Shown here: in pieces, positions 41,801 through 55,200 of the stretch
How the letters are laid out: every line of letters starts with the position of its first letter
Numbering within the stretch: the first letter of the stretch is position 1
Source of the DNA: Eledone cirrhosa
Taxonomy: Eukaryota
Assembly: GCA_964016885.1 (NCBI GenBank)
Contig: CAXHJY010000973.1
Location: forward strand, 558,001 to 622,000
Reading direction: 5' to 3'
DNA length: 64,000 nucleotides
Notes under the pieces: generated by a model
Told to the model about the DNA's origin: nothing
Databases searched by the model: none
What the model saw: only the letters and a program-made list of their open reading frames with translations
Translations under genes and position numbers: made by a program

Positions 41801-44517
41801 CTCTGTACTTCAGTGTAACTATATTAACTACTCTCTACTCCAGTGTAACTATATTAACTACTCTCTACTCCAGTGTAACCATATTAACTACTCTGTACTC
41901 CAGTGTAACTATATTAACTACTCTCTACTCCAGTGTAACTATATTATTAACTACTCTGAACTCCAGTGTAACTATATTACCTACTCTATACTCCAATGTA
42001 ACTATAGTAAGTACTCTGTACCCCTGTGTAACCATATTAACTACTCTGTACTCCAGTGTAACTATATTAACTATTCTGTACTCCAGTGTAACTATATTAA
42101 CTACTCTCTACTCCAGTGTAACTATATTAACTACTCTCTACTCCAGTGTAACTATATTAACTACTCTCTACTCCAATGTAACTATATTAACTACTCTGTA
42201 CTCCAGTGTACCTATATTAACTACTCTCTACTCCAGTGTAACTCTATTAACTATTCTTTACTCCAGTGTAACTATATTAACTATTCTTTACTCCAGTGTA
42301 ACTATATTAACTACTCTGTACTCCAGTGTAACCATATTAACTACTCTGTACTTCAGTGTAACTATATTAACTACTCTCTACTCCAGTGTAACTATATTAA
42401 CTACTCTCTACCCCAGTGTAACTATATTAACTACTGTGTACTCCAGTGTAACTATATTAACTACTCTATACTCCAGTGAAACAATATTAACTACTATGTA
42501 CACCAGTGTAACCATTTTATTAACTACTCTGTACTCCAGTGTAACCCTATTATTAACTACTCCGTACTCCAGTGTAACTATATTAACTACTCTATACTCC
42601 AGTGAAACAATATTAACTAATCTGTAGTCCAGTGTAACCATATTAACTACTCTCTACTCCAGTGTAACCATATTAACTACGCTGTACTCCAGTGTAACCA
42701 TATTAACTACTCTGTACTCCAGTGTAACTATATTAACTACTCTGTACTTCAGTGTAACCCTATTATTAACTACTCTGTACTCCAGTGTAACTATAATAAC
42801 TACTCTCTACTCCAGTGTAACCATAGTAACTACTCTCTGCTCCAGTGTAACTATATTAACTACTCTGTACTTCAGTGTAACTATATTAACTACTCTGTAC
42901 TTCAGTGTAACTATATTAACTACTCTGTACTCCAGTGTAACTATATTAACTACTCTATACTCCAGTGAAACAATATTAACTACTATGTACACCAGTGTAA
43001 CCATATTATTAACTACTCTGTACTCCAGTGTATCCCTATTATTAACTACTCCGTACTCCAGTGTAACTATATTAACTACTCTATACTCCAGTGAAACTAT
43101 ATTAACTACTCTCTACTCCAGTGTAACTATATTAACTACTCTGTACTTCAGTGTAACCCTATTATTAACTACTCTGTACTCCAGTGTAACTATAATAACT
43201 ACTCTCTACTCCAGTGTAACCATAGTAACTACTCTCTACTCCAGTGTAACTATATTAACTACTCTGTACCCCAGTGTAACTATATTAACTACTCTCTACT
43301 CCAGTGTAACCATAGTAACTACTCTCTACTCCAGTGTAACTATATTAACTACTCTATACTCCAGTGTAACTATATTAACTATTCTTTACTCCAGTGTAAC
43401 CATATTAACTACTCTGTACTCCAGTGTAACCATATTAACTACTCTATACTTCAGTGTAACTATATTAACTACTCTCTACTCCAGTGTAACTATATTAACT
43501 ACTCTATACTCCAGTGAAACAATATTAACTAATCTGTACTCCAGTGTAACCATAGTAACTACTCTCTACTCCAGTGTAACCATATTAACTACGCTGTACT
43601 CCAGTGTAACCATATTAACTACGCTGTACTCCAGTGTAACTATATTAACTACTCTGTACCCCAGTGTAACTATATTAACTACTCTGTACCCCAGTGTAAC
43701 TATATTAACTACTCTGTACCCCAGTGTAACCATATTAACTACTCTGTACTTCAGTGTAACCCTATTATTAACTACTCTCTACTCCAGTGTAACCATATTA
43801 ACTACTCTGTACTTCAGTGTAACCCTATTATTAACTACTCTGTACTCCAGTGTAACTATATTAACTACTCTCTACTCCAGTGTAACTATATTAACTACTC
43901 TGTACTCCAGTGTAACTATATTAACTACTCTGTAATCCAGTGTAACTATAGTAAGTACTCTGTACCCCAGTGTAACCATATTAACTACTCTGTACTCCAG
44001 TGTAACTATATTAACTATTCTGTACTCGAGTGTAACTATATTAACTACTCTCTACTCCAGTGTAACTATATTAACTACTCTGTACCCCAGTGTAACTATA
44101 TTAACTACTCTCTACTCCAGTGTAACCATAGTAACTACTCTCTACTCCAGTGTAACTATATTAACTACTCTCTACTCCAGTGTAACTATATTAACTACTC
44201 TGTACCCCAGTGTAACTATATTAACTACTCTGTACTCCAGTGTAACTATATTAACTACTCTATACTCCAGTGAAACAATATTAACTACTATGTACACCAG
44301 TGTAACCATATTATTAACTACTCTGTACTCCAGTGTAACCCTATTATTAACTACTCTGTACTCCAGTGTAACTATATTAACTACTCTGTACTCCAGTGAA
44401 ACAATATTAACTAATCTGTACTCCAGTGTAACCATAGTAACTACTCTCTACTCCAGTGTAACCATATTAACTACGCTGTACTCCAGTGTAACCATATTAA
44501 CTACGCTGTACTCCAGT
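35893..44517. repeat. Tandem duplication with 4,248-bp unit, overlaid on a ~3,306-bp repeat
   Basis: Offset 4248 for ORFs 35952/40200, 36618/40866, 38160/42408, 38737/42985 and 39924/44172. CTCGAG marker at 36471, 39777, 40719 and 44025 (spacings 3306, 942, 3306). Confidence 0.92.
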
Positions 44518-46616
44518 GTAACTATATTAACTATTCTGTACGCCAGTGTAACCATATTAACTACTCTCTACTCCAGTGTAACTATATTAACTACTCTGTA
44601 CCCCAGTGTAACTATATTAACTACTCTGTAATCCAGTGTAACTATAGTAAGTACTCTGTACCCCAGTGTAACCATATTAACTACTCTGTACTCCAGTGTA
44701 ACTATATTAACTACTCTCTACTCCAGTGTAACTATATTAACTACTCTGTACCCCAGTGTAACTATATTAACTACTCTCTACTCCAGTGTAACCATAGTAA
44801 CTACTCTCTACTCCAGTGTAACTATATTAACTACTCTATACTCCAGTGTAACTATATTAACTATTCTTTACTCCAGTGTAACCATATTAACTACTCTGTA
44901 CTCCAGTGTAACCATATTAACTATTCTATACTTCAGTGTAACTATATTAACTACTCTCTACTCCAGTGTAACTATATTATTAACTACTCTGAACTCCAGT
45001 GTAACTATATTACCTACTCTATACTCCAATGTAACTATATTAACTATTCTTTACTCCAGTGTAACTATATTAACTACTCTGTACTCCAGTGTAACCATAT
45101 TAACTACTCTGTACTTCAGTGTAACTATATTAACTACTCTCTACTCCAGTGTAACTATATTAACTACTCTCTACTCCAGTGTAACCATATTAACTACTCT
45201 GTACTCCAGTGTAACTATATTAACTACTCTCTACTCCAGTGTAACTATATTATTAACTACTCTGAACTCCAGTGTAACTATATTACCTACTCTATACTCC
45301 AATGTAACTATAGTAAGTACTCTGTACCCCTGTGTAACCATATTAACTACTCTGTACTCCAGTGTAACTATAATAACTATTCTGTACTCCAGTGTAACTA
45401 TATTAACTACTCTCTACTCCAGTGTAACTATATTAACTACTCTCTACTCCAGTGTAACTATATTATTAACTACTCTGTACTCCAGTGTAACTATATTACC
45501 TACTCTATACTCCAGTGTAACTATATTAACTACTCTCTACTCCAGTGTAACTATATTAACTACTCTCTACTCCAATGTAACTATATTAACTACTCTGTAC
45601 TCCAGTGTAACTATATTAACTACTCTCTACTCCAGTGTAACTCTATTAACTATTCTTTACTCCAGTGTAACTATATTAACTATTCTTTACTCCAGTGTAA
45701 CCATATTAACTACTCTGTACTTCAGTGTAACTATATTAACTACTCTCTACTCCAGTGTAACTATATTAACTACTCTCTACCCCAGTGTAACTATATTAAC
45801 TACTGTGTACTCCAGTGTAACTATATTAACTACTCTGTACTCCAGTGTAACTATATTAACTACTCTCTACTCCAGTGTAACTCTATTAACTATTCTTTAC
45901 TCCAGTGTAACTATATTAACTACTCTGTACTCCAGTGTAACCATATTAACTACTCTGTACTTCAGTGTAACTATATTAACTACTCTCTACTCCAGTGTAA
46001 CTATATTAACTACTCTCTACCCCAGTGTAACTATATTAACTACTGTGTACTCCAGTGTAACTATATTAACTACTCTATACTCCAGTGAAACAATATTAAC
46101 TACTATGTACACCAGTGTAACCATATTATTAACTACTCTGTACTCCAGTGTAACCCTATTATTAACTACTCCGTACTCCAGTGTAACTATATTAACTACT
46201 CTATACTCCAGTGAAACAATATTAACTAATCTGTAGTCCAGTGTAACCATATTAACTACTCTCTACTCCAGTGTAACCATATTAACTACGCTGTACTCCA
46301 GTGTAACCATATTAACTACTCTGTACTCCAGTGTAACTATATTAACTACTCTGTACTTCAGTGTAACCCTATTATTAACTACTCTGTACTCCAGTGTAAC
46401 TATAATAACTACTCTCTACTCCAGTGTAACCATAGTAACTACTCTCTGCTCCAGTGTAACTATATTAACTACTCTGTACTTCAGTGTAACTATATTAACT
46501 ACTCTGTACTTCAGTGTAACCCTATTATTAACTACTCTGTACTCCAGTGTAACTATAATAACTACTCTCTACTCCAGTGTAACCATAGTAACTACTCTCT
46601 GCTCCAGTGTAACTAT

Positions 46617-49600
46617 ATTAACTACTATGTACACCAGTGTAACCATATTATTAACTACTCTGTACTCCAGTGTAACTATATTAACTACTCTGTAATCCAG
46701 TGTAATTATAGTAAGTACTCTGTACCCCAGTGTAACCATATTAACTACTCTGTACTCCAGTGTAACTATATTAACTATTCTGTACTCCAGTGTAACTATA
46801 TTAACTACTCTCTACTCCAGTGTAACTATATTAACTACTCTCTACTCCAGTGTAACCATAGTAACTACTCTCTACTCCAGTGTAACTATATTAACTACTC
46901 TATAGTCCAGTGTAACTATATTAACTACTCTGTACCCCAGTGTAACTATATTAACTACTCTCTACTCCAGTGTAACCATAGTAACTACTCTCTACTCCAG
47001 TGTAACTATATTAACTACTCTATAGTCCAGTGTAACTATATTAACTATTTTTACTCCAGTGTAACCATATTAACTACTCTATACTTCAGTGTACCTATAT
47101 TAACTACTCTCTACTCCAGAGTAACTATATTATTAACTACTCTGTACTCCAGTGTAACTATATTACCTACTCTATACTCCAGTGTAACTATATTAACTAC
47201 TCTATAGTCCAGTGTAACTATATTAACTATTCTTTACTCCAGTGTAACTCTATTAACTACTCTGTACTCCAGTGTAACCATATTAAATACTCTGTACTCC
47301 AGTGTAACTATATTAACTACTCTCTACTCCAGTGTAACTATATAAACTACTCTCTACTCCAGTGTAATTATAGTAACTACTCTGTACCCCAGTGTAACTA
47401 TATTAAATACTCTGTACTCCAGTGTAACTATATTAACTACTCTATACTCCAGTGAAACAATATTAACTACTCTGTAACCCAGTGTAACTACATTAACTAC
47501 TCTCTACTCCAGTGTAACTATATTAACTACTCTTTACTCCAGTGTAACTATATTAACTACTCTGTACCCCAGTGTAACTATATTAACTACTCTGTACTCC
47601 AGTGTAACTATATTAACTACTCTCTACTCCAGTGTAACTATATTAACTACTCTGTACTCCAGTGTAACTATATTAACTACTCTCTACTCCACTGAAACTA
47701 TATTAACTACTCTGTAATCCAGTGTAACTATAGTAACTACTCTGTACTCCAGTGTAACCATATTAACTACTCTGTACTCCAGTGTAACTATATTAACTAC
47801 TCTGTACTCCAGTGTAACTATATTAACTACTCTCTACTCCAGTGTAACTATATTAACTACTCTATACTCCAGTGTAACGATATTAACTACTCTTTACTCC
47901 AGTGTAACTATATTAACTACTCTGTACCCCAGTGTAACTATATTAACTACTCTGTACTCCAGTGTAACTATATTAACTACTCTCTACTCCAGTGTAACTA
48001 TATTAACTACTCTGTACTCCAGTGTAACTATATTAACTACTCTCTACTCCAGTGTAACCATATTAACTACTCTGTACTCCAGTGTCACCATATTAACTAC
48101 TCTATACTTCAGTGTAATTATATTAACTACTCTCTACTCCAGTGTAATTATATTAACTACTCTGTACTCCAGTGTAACTATATTACCTACTCTATACTCC
48201 AGTGTAACTATATTAACTACTCTCTACTCCAGTGTAACTATATTAACTACTCTCTACTCCAGTGTAACTATATTAACTACTCTCTACTCCAGTGTAACTA
48301 TATTAACTACTCTGTACTCCAGTGTAACCATATTAACTACTCTGTACTCAAGTGTAACCATATTAACTACTCTGTACTTCAGTGTAACTATATTAACTAC
48401 TCTCTACTCCAGTGTAACTATATTAACTACTCTGTACTCCAGTGTAACTATATTAACTACTCTATACTCCAGTGAAACAATATTAACTACTATGTACACC
48501 AGTGTAACCATATTATTAACTACTCTGTACTCCAGTTTAACACTATTATTAACTACTCTGTACTCCAGTGTAACTATATTAACTACTCTCTACTCCAGTG
48601 TAACTATATTAACTACTCTGTACTCCAGTGTAACTATATTAACTACTCTCTACTCCAGTGTAACTATATTAACTACTCTATACTCCAGTGAAACAATATT
48701 AACTAATCTGTACTCCAGTGTAACCATAGTAACTACTCTCTACTCCAGTGTAACCATATTAACTACGCTGTACTCCAGTGTAACCATATTAACTACGCTG
48801 TACTCCAGTGTAACTATATTAACTACTCTGTACCCCAGTGTAACTATATTAACTACTCTGTACCCCAGTGTAACTATATTAACTACTCTGTACTCCAGTG
48901 TAACTATATTAACTACTCTGTACCCCAGTGTAACTATATTAACTACTCTGTACCCCAGTGTAACCATATTAACTACTCTGTACTTCAGTGTAACCCTATT
49001 ATTAACTACTCTCTACTCCAGTGTAACCATATTAACTACTCTGTACTTCAGTGTAACCCTATTATTAACTACTCTGTACTCCAGTGTAACTATATTAACT
49101 ACTCTCTACTCCAGTGTAACTATATTAACTACTCTGTACTCCAGTGTAACTATATTAACTACTCTGTAATCCAGTGTAACTATAGTAAGTACTCTGTACC
49201 CCAGTGTAACCATATTAACTACTCTGTACTCCAGTGTAACTATATTAACTATTCTGTACTCGAGTGTAACTATATTAACTACTCTCTACTCCAGTGTAAC
49301 TATATTAACTACTCTGTACCCCAGTGTAACTATATTAACTACTCTCTACTCCAGTGTAACCATAGTAACTACTCTCTACTCCAGTGTAACTATATTAACT
49401 ACTCTCTACTCCAGTGTAACTATATTAACTACTCTGTACCCCAGTGTAACTATATTAACTACTCTGTACTCCAGTGTAACTATATTAACTACTCTATACT
49501 CCAGTGAAACAATATTAACTACTATGTACACCAGTGTAACCATATTATTAACTACTCTGTACTCCAGTGTAACCCTATTATTAACTACTCTGTACTCCAG

Positions 49601-51540
49601 TGTAACTATATTAACTACTCTGTACTCCAGTGAAACAATATTAACTAATCTGTACTCCAGTGTAACCATAGTAACTACTCTCTACTCCAGTGTAACCATA
49701 TTAACTACGCTGTACTCCAGTGTAACCATATTAACTACGCTGTACTCCAGTGTAACTATATTAACTATTCTGTACGCCAGTGTAACCATATTAACTACTC
49801 TCTACTCCAGTGTAACTATATTAACTACTCTGTACCCCAGTGTAACTATATTAACTACTCTGTAATCCAGTGTAACTATAGTAAGTACTCTGTACCCCAG
49901 TGTAACCATATTAACTACTCTGTACTCCAGTGTAACTATATTAACTACTCTCTACTCCAGTGTAACTATATTAACTACTCTGTACCCCAGTGTAACTATA
50001 TTAACTACTCTCTACTCCAGTGTAACCATAGTAACTACTCTCTACTCCAGTGTAACTATATTAACTACTCTATACTCCAGTGTAACTATATTAACTATTC
50101 TTTACTCCAGTGTAACCATATTAACTACTCTGTACTCCAGTGTAACCATATTAACTATTCTATACTTCAGTGTAACTATATTAACTACTCTCTACTCCAG
50201 TGTAACTATATTATTAACTACTCTGAACTCCAGTGTAACTATATTACCTACTCTATACTCCAATGTAACTATATTAACTATTCTTTACTCCAGTGTAACT
50301 ATATTAACTACTCTCTACTCCAGTGTAACCATATTAACTACTCTGTACTTCAGTGTAACTATATTAACTACTCTCTACTCCAGTGTAACTATATTAACTA
50401 CTCTCTACTCCAGTGTAACCATATTAACTACTCTGTACTCCAGTGTAACTATATTAACTACTCTCTACTCCAGTGTAACTATATTATTAACTACTCTGAA
50501 CTCCAGTGTAACTATATTACCTACTCTATACTCCAATGTAACTATAGTAAGTACTCTGTACCCCTGTGTAACCATATTAACTACTCTGTACTCCAGTGTA
50601 ACTATATTAACTATTCTGTACTCCAGTGTAACTATATTAACTACTCTCTACTCCAGTGTAACTATATTAACTACTCTCTACTCCAGTGTAACTATATTAT
50701 TAACTACTCTGTACTCCAGTGTAACTATATTACCTACTCTATACTCCAGTGTAACTATATTAACTACTCTCTACTCCAGTGTAACTATATTAACTACTCT
50801 CTACTCCAATGTAACTATATTAACTACTCTGTACTCCAGTGTAACTATATTAACTACTCTCTACTCCAGTGTAACTCTATTAACTATTCTTTACTCCAGT
50901 GTAACTATATTAACTATTCTTTACTCCAGTGTAACTATATTAACTACTCTGTACTCCAGTGTAACCATATTAACTACTCTGTACTTCAGTGTAACTATAT
51001 TAACTACTCTCTACTCCAGTGTAACTATATTAACTACTCTCTACCCCAGTGTAACTATATTAACTACTGTGTACTCCAGTGTAACTATATTAACTACTCT
51101 ATACTCCAGTGAAACAATATTAACTACTATGTACACCAGTGTAACCATATTATTAACTACTCTGTACTCCAGTGTAACCCTATTATTAACTACTCCGTAC
51201 TCCAGTGTAACTATATTAACTACTCTATACTCCAGTGAAACAATATTAACTAATCTGTAGTCCAGTGTAACCATATTAACTACTCTCTACTCCAGTGTAA
51301 CCATATTAACTACGCTGTACTCCAGTGTAACCATATTAACTACTCTGTACTCCAGTGTAACTATATTAACTACTCTGTACTTCAGTGTAACCCTATTATT
51401 AACTACTCTGTACTCCAGTGTAACTATAATAACTACTCTCTACTCCAGTGTAACCATAGTAACTACTCTCTGCTCCAGTGTAACTATATTAACTACTCTG
51501 TACTTCAGTGTAACTATATTAACTACTCTGTACTTCAGTG
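46617..51540. repeat. Copy of about 33860-38660 at ~12.8-kb offset
   Basis: Offset 12788 for ORFs 35952/48740 and 36618/49406 and for CTCGAG 36471/49259. Shares the 29-bp TATTTTTAC monomer, CCAGAGT, TTTAACACT and CCCCTGTG markers. Confidence 0.85.
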
Positions 51541-52216
51541 TAACTATATTAACTACTCTCTACCCCAGTGTAACTATATTAACTACTGTGTACTCCAGTG
51601 TAACTATATTAACTACTCTATACTCCAGTGAAACAATATTAACTACTCTGTACTCCAGTGTATCCCTATTATTAACTACTCCGTACTCCAGTGTAACTAT
51701 ATTAACTACTCTATACTCCAGTGAAACTATATTAACTACTCTCTACTCCAGTGTAACTATATTAACTACTCTGTACTTCAGTGTAACCCTATTATTAACT
51801 ACTCTGTACTCCAGTGTAACTATAATAACTACTCTCTACTCCAGTGTAACCATAGTAACTACTCTCTACTCCAGTGTAACTATATTAACTACTCTGTACC
51901 CCAGTGTAACTATATTAACTACTCTCTACTCCAGTGTAACCATAGTAACTACTCTCTACTCCAGTGTAACTATATTAACTACTCTATACTCCAGTGTAAC
52001 TATATTAACTATTCTTTACTCCAGTGTAACCATATTAACTACTCTGTACTCCAGTGTAACCATATTAACTACTCTATACTTCAGTGTAACTATATTAACT
52101 ACTCTCTACTCCAGTGTAACTATATTATTAACTACTCTCTACTCCAGTGTAATTATATTACCTACTCTATACTCCAATGTAACTATAGTAACTATTCTTT
52201 ACTCCAGTGTAACTAT

Positions 52217-55200
52217 ATTAACTACTCTGTACTCCAGTGTAACTATATTAACTACTCTCTACTCCAGTGTAACTATATTACCTACTCTATACTCCAATGT
52301 AACTATATTAACTATTCTTTACTCCAGTGTAACTATATTAACTACTCTGTACTCCAGTGTAACCATATTAACTACTCTGTACTCCAGTGTAACCATATTA
52401 ACTACTCTGTACTCCAATGTAACTATATTAACTATTCTTTACTCCAGTGTAACTATATTAACTACTCTGTACTTCAGTGTAACTATATTAACTACTCTGT
52501 ACTTCAGTGTAACTATATTAACTACTCTCTACTCCAGTGTAACTATATTACCTACTCTATACTCCAATGTAACTATATTAACTATTCTTTACTCCAGTGT
52601 AACTATATTAACTACTCTGTACTCCAGTGTAACCATATTAACTACTCTGTACTCCAATGTAACTATATTAACTACTCTGTACTCCAGTGTAACTATATTA
52701 ACTACTCTGTAATCCAGTGTAACTATAGTAAGTACTCTGTACCCCAGTGTAACCATATTAACTACTCTATACTCCAGTGTAACGATATTAACTATTCTTT
52801 ACTCCAGTGTAACTATATTAACTATTCTTTATTCCAGTGTAACTATATTAACTACTCTGTACTCCAGTGTAACCATATTAACTACTCTGTACTCCAGTGT
52901 AACCATATTAACTACTCTGTACTTCAGTGTAACTATATTAACTACTCTCTACTCCATTGTAACTATATTAACTACTCTCAACTCCAGTGTAACTATATTA
53001 ACTACTCTGTACCCCAGTGTAACTATATTAACTACTCTGTACTCCAGTGTAACTATATTAACTACTCTGTACTCCAGTGAAACAATATTAACTAATCTGT
53101 ACTCCAGTGTAACCATAGTAACTACTCTCTACTCCAGTGTAACCATATTAACTACGCTGTACTCCAGTGTAAACATATTAACTACGCTGTACTCCAGTGT
53201 AACCATATTAACTACGCTGTACTCCAGTGTAACTATATTAACTACTCTGTATCCCAGTGTAACTATATTAACTACTCTGTACCACAGTGTAACTATATTA
53301 ACTACTCTATACTCCAGTGAAACAATATTAACTACGCTGTAGTCCAGTGTAACCATATTAACTACTCTGTACTTCCGTGTAACCCTATTATTAACTACTC
53401 TCTACTCCAGTGTAACCATATTAACTACTCTGTACTTCAGTGTAACTCTATTATTAACTACTCTGTACTCCAGTGTAACTATATTAACTACTCTCTACTC
53501 CAGTGTAACTATATTAACTACTCTCTACTCCAGTGTAACTATATTAACTACTCTCTACTCCAGTGTAACTATTTTACCTACTCTCTACTCCAGTGTAACT
53601 ATATTACCTATTCTCTACTCCAGTGTATCTATATTAACTACTCTGTACTCCAGTGTAACTATATTAACTATTCTGTACGCCAGTGTAACTATATTAACTA
53701 CTCTCTACTCCAGTGTAACTATATTAACTACTCTATACTCCAGTGTAACTATATTAAATATTCTTTACTCCAGTGTAACCATATTAACTACTCTGTACTC
53801 CAGTGTAACCATATTAACTACTCTATACTTCAGTGTAACTATATTAACTACTCTCTACTCCAGTGTAACTATATTATTAACTACTCTGTACTCCAGTGTA
53901 ACTATATTACCTACTCTATACTCCAATGTAACTATATTAACTATTCTTTACTCCAGTGTAACTATATTAACTACTCTGTACTCCAGTGTAACCATATTAA
54001 CTACTCTGTACTTCAGTGTAACTATATTAACTACTCCCTACTCCAGTGTAACTATATAAACTACTCTCTACTCCAGTGTAATTATATTAACTACTCTGTA
54101 CCCCAGTGTAACTATATTAAATACTCTGTACTCCAGTGTAACTATATTAACTACTCTATACTCCAGTGAAACAATATTAACTACCCTGTACCCCAGTGTA
54201 ACTATATTAACTACTCTCTACTCCAGTGTAACTATATTAACTACTCTTTACTCCAGTGTGACTATATTAACTACTCTGTACCCCAGTGTAACTATATTAA
54301 CTACTCTGTACTCCAGTGTAACTATATTAACTACTCTCTACTCCAGTGTAACTATATTAACTACTCTGTACTCCAGTGTAACTATATTAACTAGTCTCTA
54401 CTCCAGTGAAACTATATTAACTACTCTGTAATCCAGTGTAACTATAGTAACTACTCTGTACCCCAGTGTAACCATATTAACTACTCTGTACTCCAGTGTA
54501 AATATATTAACTACTCTCTACTCCAGTGTAACCATAGTAACTACTCTCTACTCCAGTGTAACTATATTAACTACTCTCTACTCCAGTGTAACCATATTAA
54601 CTACTCTGTACCCCAGTGTAACTATATTAACTACTCTATACTCCAGTGAAACAATATTAACTACTATGTACACCAGTGTAACCATATTATTAACTACTCT
54701 GTACTCCAGTGTAACCCTATTATTAACTACTCTGTACTCCAGTGTAACTATATTAACTACTCTGTACTCCAGTGAAACAATATTAACTAATCTGTACTCC
54801 AGTGTAACCATAGTAACTACTCTCTACTCCAGTGTAACCATATTAACTACGCTGTACTCCAGTGTAACCATATTAACTACGCTGTACTCCAGTGTAACCA
54901 TATTAACTACGCTGTACTCCAGTGTAACTATATTAACTATTCTGTACTCCAGTGTAACTATATTAACTACTCTCTACTCCAGTGTAACTATATTAACTAC
55001 TCTGTACTCCAGTCTAACTATATTAACTACTCTGTAATCCAGTGTAACTATAGTAACTACTCTGTACCCCAGTGTAACCATATTAACTACTCTGTACTCC
55101 AGTGTAACTATATTAACTATTCTGTACTCCCGTGTAACTATATTAACTACTCTCTACTCCAGTGTAACTATATTAACTACTCTGTACCCCAGTGTAACTA

